A stretch of DNA of 64,000 nucleotides from a virus, in IMG/VR virus record IMGVR_UViG_3300044647_001247, positions 45,820 to 109,819 of that record, one strand, 5' to 3'. The notes beneath the pieces were generated by a model. It saw nothing but the letters and a program-made list of their open reading frames with translations. It did not search any database and was not told the origin of the DNA. Positions 38,049-47,769 of this stretch are shown here, in pieces. Position 1 is the first letter of the stretch, and each line of letters starts with the position of its first letter. The position numbers and the translations under genes are program-made.

Positions 38049-41000
38049 ATGCCCTGTCAAGTATTTAGAAATTCCAAACGTGAAATTGTTAAAGTGGTTG
38101 CACCTAATGGACAACCTTCCAAGTTATATAAAGACATTCTTGCTCGTCCTGAAATTGAGGGTAATAAAGAAGCTGCTCTTGATGTATGGTTGTCTGCCTA
38201 TACAGACGACTTTAAAAAGAAGTATGGTGACTGGGAGAATACTACAACGTCTACTACTGTTAATCAGTCATCCATAGTGGTAGATCAAAACGGAGAACCT
38301 TTAGCAAAGTATGTACTTCCTAATGCAACTTATAATCTTTCTGAAATTGCTGAGCAATTTAATTATCAGCAATCTGAGCTTCAAAGAAACTTTATGTTTA
38401 CTTCAGGTTTAACTTTAATGAGTCGTGACAAGGCCCAGAGAATAGTAGACTGGGTCGCTAAGAATAATAAGTATAACTCTATTGAAGTGAATATTCGTGG
38501 TGTCAATGACGGTTCTAAAATTATGTATACTGTAAACATATCTGAAAAACCTTTAAAACAACTTTATGAGCTGCAGTCTCAACAGTTGATTGAGCTTCAA
38601 AAATTTCAGATAAATCAAGTAATTAATAGATTAGCTATTAAGTTTCCAAAGCTGCAGACTAAATGGATTACAGCTGAAGATCTTATGCAGCAAGATCATC
38701 CTGTAGATGTATCTACTATACGTGGTTTTGTACGTGACGGTATAATATATCTTGTAGAAGGTAGAGCTACTGAGTCTATTGCTATAGAAGAAATTTTACA
38801 TCCTTTTATTGAATCACTTTTTCAAGATAATCGTGCTTTATTTACAGGATTATTTAACAAAGGAAAAGAGCGTTACCCGGAGTTATGGAAAAAGATCCAA
38901 GGAGCATATCTTGAAAGTCGTAGTTTTATTGAGGTTGATCGTAAAAAAGAACTAGTTACTCGTGTACTTCAGCAAGTATTACAGGAAGATATAAGTAATC
39001 CTGAGAAATCTTTTCAGGAACTAAAATCTCTTTTACAAAGATTCTTTAATTGGCTTAGTGAATTAATGCAGGAGGTTTTTGATATCCGTACGGATGGCAA
39101 TATTATGATACAGGCTTACAACCTTCCTACTAAGATTAGTTACGAAGAGCTGTCTGATATCATTAACACTAAAAATGTACAGCTTTCTACAGCTGTTGCA
39201 GATGCCAACTCTTATAACACAGACGGTGAAATGGACAACCAGGAATTAAACAATTCCAAGGACCGTAAACTTGCCCGTGTTGAAGAGCAAATGGACATCG
39301 TGCGTAGTGTAATTACAGACCTGAAAAAGGCTAAAGGAACTGACGCTAAGATTGCCACACTTGAAAAAGTGTTGATCAACCTTAATAAGTATCGTCAGAT
39401 TATACAAAATGATGAATACACTGTATCAGTTACCAATCTTACTGGTGGTGGCCAGATAGATAACCAGGAGACTTATAATGACTTTAAAGAGTTTGGAACA
39501 TTTATTCACTTTGTGCTGGAGAATGTACAGAAGATGAGTGTTGAATCTAATAAAAAAGTGACTACTATTCTTACTCGTGAAATGTTTGACATGCTGGCTG
39601 ATAACTATCCTGGTGAATTTAATATTGTAAACCTGGACAGAGATCAGATGTATGATATGAGCCAGGAGATGATTAGCTATTTGCAATACTATATTACTAG
39701 TGGGTACACGCTTCTTCCTGAAATATCAGTAGTTGGTAAGGATCGTAACGACCGTAACGTAGTAGGACGTGTGGACATCATGGCCATAGCCCCTAGTGGT
39801 GCTATAGAAATTGTGGACCTGAAAACCAAGAAAGTGTACACTAATGCACAAATCGGTTTAATGTTTAATAAACCATATCCTGTTGCTACAACTGAGCAAA
39901 CAGATACTGCATTTTCTAATACCAGGAGATCTGTATATGACAGTTGGGACACTCAGCTTGGTATATATGAAAGACTATATGCACAAGAAGGAATTCCGGT
40001 AGGTCGTAAAAGTGTACTGGTTTTAGTATACCGTGGTGACATGGTAGACGTTACAGATATTAATACTCCTGGTCAATTTCAGTTTGAATACTCAGGATAT
40101 GAATTTTTAAACTACAGCTCAGATCAACGTCAGAATGGAACTGATCTTGAAAAGCTTAACTATGCAAACACTGATCGTAAAGTTAAACGTGTTATTCCTG
40201 TAGCAGGAGAAGTTTTAGAAGATACAAAGACTTCTAAAGAGCCTATTATCTTTAACCTTAAAGATGAAGATTACAAACGTCTTTTAGCTAACCTGGAATC
40301 TATTGCTGCAGAAGAAATTAAAAAGATTGAAAAGTCTTTATCTGAACTGGATGAAAACAATGAGAACGATAAAAAGCTCAGGGATTATTATAAAGCACGC
40401 CGTGAGTCTATTCGTAAAATACAAGATAGTTTTAAGAAAGAAACTTGGGAACCTGCGTATAAGCTCACTGCTATTATGCAGTTTATGAGTGACAACACTG
40501 CTGCTATGAAGCAGACAGCACAGGACATTGCTAACATTAAAGATCCTGTAGAAAAAGCCCGTAAGCTGGACGACCTGAAGAACAAGGCTGTAGCCTTTAA
40601 CTATTTTCTTTCAGACATCCGTGAGTTGTTGATCAATCTTAATGATGAGCGTAATGATAAAGCTATCAACCTTCTTGATAATATCCAATCTAATATTGAT
40701 TACACTATAGGTATATTTAATGAGCTTGGTTTTAATTATCTAGTTGATATACTTAAAGATTCTATGAGTCCTGAGACTTTGCAAAAACTTAATGCGGAAA
40801 GATTTGAGAGTATAGATCCACTAATTACTCATCTTAAAAAGAAATTAGAAAAGCTTAAAAACCAAAAAGATCAAGGAGGTACTGGTACCACTATATCTTA
40901 TTCTATTTGGCAGGGTCTATCTAATATCGCCCGCAGTATTGCAAAGGTGCCTATTGATACCAAAAATGAAATAGAGGCTTTAGAAGTACGTATTAAATCT

Positions 41001-44000
41001 TTAGAGCTGCGTAAGCAGGGCATTAACCTGGATGATAAGTCTGTACGTCAATATATTCAGGGTATTTTAGATAAAAACTCTTTGTATTATATTGGATCAG
41101 ATACTACAGTGCTAACTGATTTTATAGCAGCATCATCAAATGCAGATTTAGGTGTTTCTGGTTTTGCCAATCATTTAAAGTTTATTGAGGTAAGAGCTAA
41201 ACAACTCTATGTAAACTTTATGGAAAAAAATAAATTTCAGAGTCTTTATGATAAATTCCGTAAAGGAAAAATGGACATTGATAAAATTAATGCTCCTATA
41301 TCAGAGATTAGAGAAGTTACTGAATATAATGCAGAAGGTCAACCTGTACTTAAAAGATTTCGTTCTTTTGTTGATCCTGTTACTGAAGAGTATAAAAATG
41401 TATTTAAAAAGTACTGGAATGACATGAGAATGCTAAATAAGCAGATTCGTGAAACTGGTGACGTAGATCAGAAAAAAGAACTTGCTCGTCAAAAAGCTGC
41501 TTTAGTACAGGCACAAAAAACATGGAGACTTGAAAACTCCCAGATGCCATACGTAGACGAGATCTATGAATTGGATAAGTTTTTGCCTGAAGAATTTAAG
41601 CAAAAAAGAGATGAGCTGTATGAAGAGCGTGAAGCTATAATGGCACAAGTAGGACTTAATGAAGAAGAGAAACTTTCTGAGGAAGACCTGGAAAGTCTTG
41701 CTGAAATAGAAATTCAGCTTAAAAAACTTAAGCAGGAAACCATTGAAAAAAACTCTTCTTACCAGGAGTATTTAGATAAGATGGAAAAATACTACAGCTA
41801 TGAACCTAATGTATTTTTCTTTGAGCGTATTAAAAGTTCCAAACAGATTGAGTATGCAGATGACCCGGTAGCTTTTAAAAAGTGGATGGAGCTGAATACA
41901 TACAAAACACCCAAGCAGGAATATTATGATACCCTTGCTGATCTGTATGATTCTTTATACAACTTACTTCCTAAGAATGAAGTTATCCAAGAGCTCAGAG
42001 AAAAACAGCGTTCTTTACTTAGAGCTTATAAACGTAATGGTTATGTTGATACACGTTTCTTATCGGCTGAAGACATTAAGCTTTATGAAGAAATAGAACA
42101 GCAGCTTTCAGAAATCCGTGAAGGCAGTGGAAGTATTATGGCAGGTCTTGGCAAAGAAGACAAAGATGCTGTACGTGAGATTTTTGATGAACTTAACTCT
42201 ATAACTGCAATATTTGTTAATCCTTATTATGATAGGGACTATTCTGCAAGAATGGAGGCGTTAGATCAAAAACTTTTTATATATAATGAAGCTAAACGTA
42301 AAAGTGAAGTGGCTACAGGTATAGATAAAATGCAGTTAGAGCGTGAAACTGTGCAAGCTCTTGAAAACTTTTATGAAGAAGAAAAAGAGTTTGAGACATG
42401 GTATAATATAAATCATGATAATGTATATGAGTCTAAGTTGTTAGGTAAATCTTTAAATCCTGTTGCTAAAGCATTTAACTTTGTAAGGCTTCCAAGTGAT
42501 CCTAATATGATGGAGGTAAAACCTTCACCAAAGTATAGTATCCGTAAGTTAAAAGAGGAAGCATTTAATAAGAACTACCAGGAAACAGTAGACGGGTTTC
42601 CAATGCCGCGTGGTATGAAATCTGTAGATGGTGTAGTAAAAATAGACAAGACATCTAAGTGGGTTAACTCCCGTTACGAGCAGCTCACTAAAGAAACAGA
42701 TAACTTTGATTTCTATACAAAGTTTGTTGGTCAATTTATTAAGATGCAAGACGAGACTTATGGTCGTAACCTAGGGTACTTCTTTCCTGGTTTTGAAGAG
42801 ACTTCCCTGCAGATCTATAAAGACAAAGGTTTTACAGAAGGTTTTAAAAAGAACTTTGAGATCTTCAAACAGAAGAACTTCTCTGCCAGCAGTATATTTG
42901 ATTACTCTGTTAATGAGATAGCTACTGGTAATGATACCATGGTAAGGATGAAGTTTAATCGTCCTATCAATCTTAATGAAGCACAAGCTACTGTAGATGG
43001 TATTGGCTCTGTGATTAGATGGTATGAAGAAGCATTTATTAATCAAGCTGTAGGAGAAGCTCAGCCTTTGGTAAGTTCTACGCTTTCTTATCTAAATAAT
43101 CTTTATAAACAGCTTGACCAGTCTAATATTGCTGATAAAGAAGTTCGTAAAACTAATTTAAAAAGAGTAATAGACTCTTACACTTTTGAATATGAAAAAA
43201 TAATTAAAGGTGAAACCAAGCTTAATCAGGGAAATATGAGTAAGTTAGGTGATACTTTATTAAAAACAATTGGTTTTACCCGTCTTGGTTTTGACCTGGC
43301 TAACCAGGTTGGTAACTACTTTTCAGGAAATGTTCAGACATTCCTGGGTGGTCACAAAACAGGACAGTATAACAATAAGAACCTGGCTGTAGCTAAAAAA
43401 CAATTCTATGGTTCAGATGGTTTGATGGCGTCATTACTGAGGGATTCTAATAAGATGTCAGGGTTTACCCACATGACCAAGATGTATCTTTTTTTTAATC
43501 CTGCTCAAGCTGATCTTAAAAATACATATGACAAAACTCGTTCTACTAGTCAGCGTATTGGTCAAGGAGCTATGGACTTACAACCTGCTTTTTGGATACA
43601 AGATAAAGGAGAAATAGAAATATCTTCTACTATATGGCTTGCTATGATGGATAACCGCAGGGTTAAACTGGTAGCTGAGCGTAATGCAGATGGTACTATT
43701 AAGACCTACCAGACTGAAGCTGATGGTACTGTAAAAACTATTTCTGCTTTTGAAGCATATGTTTCTAATGCTGAAGGAGAGATTGTTATACGTGATGATG
43801 TTGACTGGACAAAGAATGATGAAAAAAGTATTATGAGTGCTATATATTCTGAAATACGTAGAACTCAGGGTAACTATGCATCAGCAGATAAGACCAGAGC
43901 AGAACGTGGTATTCTTGGAAGGTTCTTGGTATTCTATCGTAAGTACTTAATGCCTTTTGTACTAAACCGTTTTGGTGCTAGAAGAGATAGTGCTGAATCT

Positions 44001-44597
44001 GGTGAGGTGGCAATGGGTTATTATAATGCTTTAATACGTGGTTTATACTACTATCGTTGGAAGCTTTTTGCAGGTATGATTGGTAAAGATGATTCTGTCT
44101 CTCCATTCTATGCAAAAAAAGCTTATTATGCTGTAAGAGAAATAGTAATGGCTTCTATGTTATATATTCTTGGTACTTTTTTACAAAGTATGGTAAAACG
44201 TATGGATGATGATGATGATGATAAAATAGCCAAGAATATTGCTTATCAACTCTTGGCTATTTATATCAAAACTGAGCGTGAAACTCGTTCAATGGTACCA
44301 GTTCCTGTTATTGGTTCTATAGATGAATATATTAATCAATTTACTTCTTTTACTAACTTTGGTAGAGACATCACTCGTGTAATTAAACTTACTGAGCATG
44401 GTCTTGCTTTAGGTGGAGCACAAGTTTTTGATTCTGAAATGATAGATAGAGCTGCTTACTACCAAAGAAAGACAGGTATATTTGATAAAGGAGATGCTAA
44501 AATTATGAAAGATATTTATGACGTTTCAGGTTTTATGAACTTTTATGAACTTTATAATCCTGAAGTGAGAGTAGAAGATGCTTTCAAAAGAAGATGA
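38049..44597 (+). CDS. giant polyvalent cargo protein with degenerate zincin and PD-(D/E)XK nuclease domains
   Basis: ATG at 38049 (MPCQV) preferred over the overlapping TTG at 38016. APNGQPSKL...FKKKYGDW..VVDQNGEP lead module, EEILH, GRVD...VDLKT...QLGIY, and C-terminal QGNY..FLVFYRKY. Confidence 0.75.
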   Translation: MPCQVFRNSKREIVKVVAPNGQPSKLYKDILARPEIEGNKEAALDVWLSAYTDDFKKKYGDWENTTTSTTVNQSSIVVDQNGEPLAKYVLPNATYNLSEIAEQFNYQQSELQRNFMFTSGLTLMSRDKAQRIVDWVAKNNKYNSIEVNIRGVNDGSKIMYTVNISEKPLKQLYELQSQQLIELQKFQINQVINRLAIKFPKLQTKWITAEDLMQQDHPVDVSTIRGFVRDGIIYLVEGRATESIAIEEILHPFIESLFQDNRALFTGLFNKGKERYPELWKKIQGAYLESRSFIEVDRKKELVTRVLQQVLQEDISNPEKSFQELKSLLQRFFNWLSELMQEVFDIRTDGNIMIQAYNLPTKISYEELSDIINTKNVQLSTAVADANSYNTDGEMDNQELNNSKDRKLARVEEQMDIVRSVITDLKKAKGTDAKIATLEKVLINLNKYRQIIQNDEYTVSVTNLTGGGQIDNQETYNDFKEFGTFIHFVLENVQKMSVESNKKVTTILTREMFDMLADNYPGEFNIVNLDRDQMYDMSQEMISYLQYYITSGYTLLPEISVVGKDRNDRNVVGRVDIMAIAPSGAIEIVDLKTKKVYTNAQIGLMFNKPYPVATTEQTDTAFSNTRRSVYDSWDTQLGIYERLYAQEGIPVGRKSVLVLVYRGDMVDVTDINTPGQFQFEYSGYEFLNYSSDQRQNGTDLEKLNYANTDRKVKRVIPVAGEVLEDTKTSKEPIIFNLKDEDYKRLLANLESIAAEEIKKIEKSLSELDENNENDKKLRDYYKARRESIRKIQDSFKKETWEPAYKLTAIMQFMSDNTAAMKQTAQDIANIKDPVEKARKLDDLKNKAVAFNYFLSDIRELLINLNDERNDKAINLLDNIQSNIDYTIGIFNELGFNYLVDILKDSMSPETLQKLNAERFESIDPLITHLKKKLEKLKNQKDQGGTGTTISYSIWQGLSNIARSIAKVPIDTKNEIEALEVRIKSLELRKQGINLDDKSVRQYIQGILDKNSLYYIGSDTTVLTDFIAASSNADLGVSGFANHLKFIEVRAKQLYVNFMEKNKFQSLYDKFRKGKMDIDKINAPISEIREVTEYNAEGQPVLKRFRSFVDPVTEEYKNVFKKYWNDMRMLNKQIRETGDVDQKKELARQKAALVQAQKTWRLENSQMPYVDEIYELDKFLPEEFKQKRDELYEEREAIMAQVGLNEEEKLSEEDLESLAEIEIQLKKLKQETIEKNSSYQEYLDKMEKYYSYEPNVFFFERIKSSKQIEYADDPVAFKKWMELNTYKTPKQEYYDTLADLYDSLYNLLPKNEVIQELREKQRSLLRAYKRNGYVDTRFLSAEDIKLYEEIEQQLSEIREGSGSIMAGLGKEDKDAVREIFDELNSITAIFVNPYYDRDYSARMEALDQKLFIYNEAKRKSEVATGIDKMQLERETVQALENFYEEEKEFETWYNINHDNVYESKLLGKSLNPVAKAFNFVRLPSDPNMMEVKPSPKYSIRKLKEEAFNKNYQETVDGFPMPRGMKSVDGVVKIDKTSKWVNSRYEQLTKETDNFDFYTKFVGQFIKMQDETYGRNLGYFFPGFEETSLQIYKDKGFTEGFKKNFEIFKQKNFSASSIFDYSVNEIATGNDTMVRMKFNRPINLNEAQATVDGIGSVIRWYEEAFINQAVGEAQPLVSSTLSYLNNLYKQLDQSNIADKEVRKTNLKRVIDSYTFEYEKIIKGETKLNQGNMSKLGDTLLKTIGFTRLGFDLANQVGNYFSGNVQTFLGGHKTGQYNNKNLAVAKKQFYGSDGLMASLLRDSNKMSGFTHMTKMYLFFNPAQADLKNTYDKTRSTSQRIGQGAMDLQPAFWIQDKGEIEISSTIWLAMMDNRRVKLVAERNADGTIKTYQTEADGTVKTISAFEAYVSNAEGEIVIRDDVDWTKNDEKSIMSAIYSEIRRTQGNYASADKTRAERGILGRFLVFYRKYLMPFVLNRFGARRDSAESGEVAMGYYNALIRGLYYYRWKLFAGMIGKDDSVSPFYAKKAYYAVREIVMASMLYILGTFLQSMVKRMDDDDDDKIAKNIAYQLLAIYIKTERETRSMVPVPVIGSIDEYINQFTSFTNFGRDITRVIKLTEHGLALGGAQVFDSEMIDRAAYYQRKTGIFDKGDAKIMKDIYDVSGFMNFYELYNPEVRVEDAFKRR

Positions 44598-44632
44598 TAA
44601 AAAAAGGGGGGGTTAACTATTCCCTTTTTTAT
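44597..44632. terminator. bidirectional terminator between the convergent late and replication blocks
   Basis: ATAAAAAAAGGGGGGG-TTAACTA-TTCCCTTTTTTAT. Confidence 0.7.
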
Positions 44633-44798
44633 TTAATATTGTTATACTAAATAACAATATTCCTATACCAACTTCTATGTCTACACCATCATAATATTTT
44701 TCTGTAGATGTTTCAAACGTTTGAATAACATTAACATTAATACCAATAAGTATTTGGTATTTAGGTAGAAATTTTAAACGGATATCCTGTATTCCCAT
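44613..44798 (-). CDS. small hydrophobic hypothetical protein
   Basis: 61-aa ORF packed in the minus-strand operon. Confidence 0.5.
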   Translation of the reverse strand: MGIQDIRLKFLPKYQILIGINVNVIQTFETSTEKYYDGVDIEVGIGILLFSITILNKKGNS

Positions 44799-44800
44799 AT

Positions 44801-45262
44801 TTAATTTTTATTAGTTTCTATTATAAATGGATGACGGCCGAGATAGCAATCTTGCTCCCATCCCATGTGTTTTTTAAGACCGTTAATATAACTTTGTATG
44901 TTGGTAGCTCCCACTGGATTGTGTGAATGTACACATACAGAGTTTAACATTGCATTATTCTTTTGTACATATTCTCCTAACCACTGAGCACAATCAAGCC
45001 CTGTTTTTTCTTTATAGCTTTCATAATCAGGAATTTGATATCCTTGTGCAGTTGTTTGATTTATATAGTCTGTCATGTGTTCGTTTGCAAGATCATGATC
45101 AAAACTAATAAGATCTGGAATACCATTCTTACTAATCCAATCAACAAACTCTTTATAGTTTCTCACTACTACCCATTCTTTATATCCTGGAATGGTCGTT
45201 GTTGGTGTACGAATATCATCAAGATATAAGCTACGTTTAAGTTGTTTTGTTAGCATGTTCAT
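44801..45262 (-). CDS. cyclic-phosphate-processing receiver-like domain protein
   Basis: LYLDDIRTP...WVVVRNY..F...PDLISFDHDL...TGLDCAQWL...VHSHNPVG. Confidence 0.75.
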   Translation of the reverse strand: MNMLTKQLKRSLYLDDIRTPTTTIPGYKEWVVVRNYKEFVDWISKNGIPDLISFDHDLANEHMTDYINQTTAQGYQIPDYESYKEKTGLDCAQWLGEYVQKNNAMLNSVCVHSHNPVGATNIQSYINGLKKHMGWEQDCYLGRHPFIIETNKN

Positions 45263-45620
45263 GGGTTATAAGTTCTTTTAGCATTTTATTATCATGTTGC
45301 AATATAAGTATTTCTTTCATACATGTTTCTACTACATTAGACATTGTTTGTAAAGCTTGTTCATATTGACGTAAATTTATACTCACTGTTGTATAACTAA
45401 GCTGTTCTCCATCCATTGAAATACCTGTTTGAATTACATATTCATTAGGTAAAGGAGCAGATAAATTAAGCTTGTTCTGTAATGGAGAATGTCCTTGTCC
45501 TTGAGTTATAGCATGACTATAAATTTTTAAGTTATCTTTCAACCATAGCTTCATTTCATCATGAAGAAAAAACCTGGGCTTATCCCCAGGTTTTCTTTCT
45601 TTTAGTATATCTTCTATCAT
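45237..45620 (-). CDS. hypothetical protein
   Basis: 127-aa ORF in the operon. Confidence 0.6.
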   Translation of the reverse strand: MIEDILKERKPGDKPRFFLHDEMKLWLKDNLKIYSHAITQGQGHSPLQNKLNLSAPLPNEYVIQTGISMDGEQLSYTTVSINLRQYEQALQTMSNVVETCMKEILILQHDNKMLKELITHEHANKTT

Positions 45621-45629
45621 ATATGTTTA

Positions 45630-46316
45630 TTATTTTATAAGTTTACTAATCCAAGATTTACTAGTTTCTTTTTGTAACTTTTCTTCAAGATCTTTTATTT
45701 TCTCTTCAAGTTGCTTTTCACGAGTTTTAGTTTCTCTTTCATTTAAAAGATCGTCATACTTATTTTGAAGATCTTGTATTCGGGACTCATATGATTCTAT
45801 TTCAGAATGATGATTTTTAGTACGAGCTATAATTTCATCTTCATACTCTTTACTAAGTTCAGCAAGTTTTTGAACTTGTGTACTCACTTTATATTTTAAT
45901 GTACCTATCTCTTGTGATACAGCATCTTCAGCTTGTTGACGTATATCTGCCTGAACATCTTCAAAATTTATATATTCTTTGACTTCATTTATTACATCAG
46001 TACCTGTAGGTGTATATAAATTAATGGAATAGCTATATAATAGTTGATCAAGTCTACCTTCAAATTTATACATACTTTTTGCATCAATTCCTAGTTTATA
46101 TAAGTTTGACTTTAGTAAACTCCTTACTTTAGATATAATATCATACACTACATTATTACTTGTAGGGTAATTTTTAGTAATTTTTACAATACGTCTATCT
46201 GCTTTTTCTTTTGCAAGTTCTGCTTTTAGAGTTTTTATAATTTCTTCTTTTTTCTTTGTGTCATCTCTCATTTTATCTATATCTGAAAGACTCATTGTTA
46301 CTGTACCTGTTGTCAT
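45630..46316 (-). CDS. coiled-coil hypothetical protein
   Basis: Heptad-rich C-terminal half. Confidence 0.65.
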   Translation of the reverse strand: MTTGTVTMSLSDIDKMRDDTKKKEEIIKTLKAELAKEKADRRIVKITKNYPTSNNVVYDIISKVRSLLKSNLYKLGIDAKSMYKFEGRLDQLLYSYSINLYTPTGTDVINEVKEYINFEDVQADIRQQAEDAVSQEIGTLKYKVSTQVQKLAELSKEYEDEIIARTKNHHSEIESYESRIQDLQNKYDDLLNERETKTREKQLEEKIKDLEEKLQKETSKSWISKLIK

Positions 46317-46326
46317 ATTTTATATT

Positions 46327-46860
46327 TTAATAGTTTTGATGATATTTTGATTCTTGTACACCTGTTTGACCATTGTATTTACTTCCAGACTTTTGATCAT
46401 ATGTCTCTAAGATTTCTCCTTCTACACGAGCAAATTCTATTTGACAAATCTTCATATTAGGATAGACTTTTACAGCACGTGTAGCTACTAATTCTAGAAC
46501 TAAACTTCCTTCAAAGCCTGTATCTATAAAGCCGGCCGTAACATGTACAAACAGGCCCAGACGTCCTAAAGAACTCTTTCCTTCCACCTTTGCACGTATA
46601 TTATTCTTCACTCCTATACGCTCATTACAAGCATATAAATACACTTCACCGGGATATAGTATTCTCCCTTCTTCAGGAATAGTGAGCTCAATAGTTTCAT
46701 TGGGTTTTTTAGGATCTAATACACCCTCTTTATAAACTTTAAACTGAGGTGCTAATGTAAGATCTACACTGTTTGGATTTACATGTGCAGGATTTAGTGG
46801 TTCTATCACTATACCACCTGTTTTGATTTCTTCTAAAATAACTTTGTCACTTAATATCAT
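46327..46860 (-). CDS. dcd: dCTP deaminase
   Basis: MILSD...VNPNSVDLTL...GKSSLGRLGL.VHVTAGFIDTGFEG.LVLE...KYNGQ. Confidence 0.92.
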   Translation of the reverse strand: MILSDKVILEEIKTGGIVIEPLNPAHVNPNSVDLTLAPQFKVYKEGVLDPKKPNETIELTIPEEGRILYPGEVYLYACNERIGVKNNIRAKVEGKSSLGRLGLFVHVTAGFIDTGFEGSLVLELVATRAVKVYPNMKICQIEFARVEGEILETYDQKSGSKYNGQTGVQESKYHQNY

Positions 46861-46867
46861 ATTATTC

Positions 46868-47143
46868 TTATTTTAAAAACTTAGATCTACTTATTAAAAT
46901 TTGTTCTTTGTATTCTGGTTCCATTTTAGATAATCTACAAGCAACATCTTTTCCATATAAAGGAGAGTGCACTCTATTTTTACTTGCACATTTTTGCAAG
47001 ACAGTTTTAGCATCTATACCAAGTCTATTACTAGCTTTTGCATAACTAGGATAGATGCCTATTAACTTTTTTAACTCAGGATCAAAAACCTTAACACACG
47101 TATCTGAGTGAAGTGTGTTAAGGCCTTCTTTAGGATGCTTCAT
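46868..47143 (-). CDS. stand-alone NUMOD1-like DNA-binding protein
   Basis: VKVFD...LIGIYPSYAKASNRLGID...VLQKC. Confidence 0.55.
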   Translation of the reverse strand: MKHPKEGLNTLHSDTCVKVFDPELKKLIGIYPSYAKASNRLGIDAKTVLQKCASKNRVHSPLYGKDVACRLSKMEPEYKEQILISRSKFLK

Positions 47144-47358
47144 AAATTATTATATAACTTTCTAACTTTACTACCTAATTCCATATCATTAGGTGTGTTA
47201 ACTATTTGAGATACAGGCACTTGTACAGATTTTGTTGCTTTTTCATAGCAATCTATACATAGTTGACCAGCACCTTCAACATATCCATATCTGGAATCTA
47301 TATGATCAGTAACATCATATAAAGTGATTTTGTCACACATTATACATCTATCTTTCAT
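47140..47358 (-). CDS. small zinc-finger protein
   Basis: CIMC...YVEGAGQLCIDC. Confidence 0.65.
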   Translation of the reverse strand: MKDRCIMCDKITLYDVTDHIDSRYGYVEGAGQLCIDCYEKATKSVQVPVSQIVNTPNDMELGSKVRKLYNNL

Positions 47359-47600
47359 AAACTAGTTTTAGAATTAAATTGTTCTTCAAATCTTTTTTCT
47401 AAATCTTTCCAATAACCACTTTCATCATTAAAGCGGTTACAAATTGTAACCAACTCAGGAAAACCTAGAGCTATCTTAGTTCTGTTTGATCTATCTAATT
47501 TAAATATTGCATCTATAAGAGCAGTCATACCACTACCTAATATACCAAGTTTATAATGCATAAACTTGATTTCCATTTCTGTTAAGTTACTTGTTTTCAT
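47355..47600 (-). CDS. hypothetical protein
   Basis: 81-aa ORF with overlapping start/stop coupling. Confidence 0.6.
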   Translation of the reverse strand: MKTSNLTEMEIKFMHYKLGILGSGMTALIDAIFKLDRSNRTKIALGFPELVTICNRFNDESGYWKDLEKRFEEQFNSKTSL

Positions 47601-47769
47601 TTGTTATATTTTCATCTGTTAAAAATTTGAATTCATCTTCAAGTTCTTCTATACTGAGCTTATGTGCTTCCCAATCATGCTCATGATAAATTCCTCTTTC
47701 ATAACATTCTAGTGCTCCTTTTAGGTCTGCGTATGCACACTTAATAGCTTGTTTCTGTAATAATGTCAT
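47587..47769 (-). CDS. hypothetical protein
   Basis: 60-aa ORF coupled to its neighbours. Confidence 0.55.
   Translation of the reverse strand: MTLLQKQAIKCAYADLKGALECYERGIYHEHDWEAHKLSIEELEDEFKFLTDENITNENK

Noticed and set aside
44206-44223. (GAT)6 microsatellite
   Set aside because: An in-frame poly-Asp linker with no sign of phase variation.
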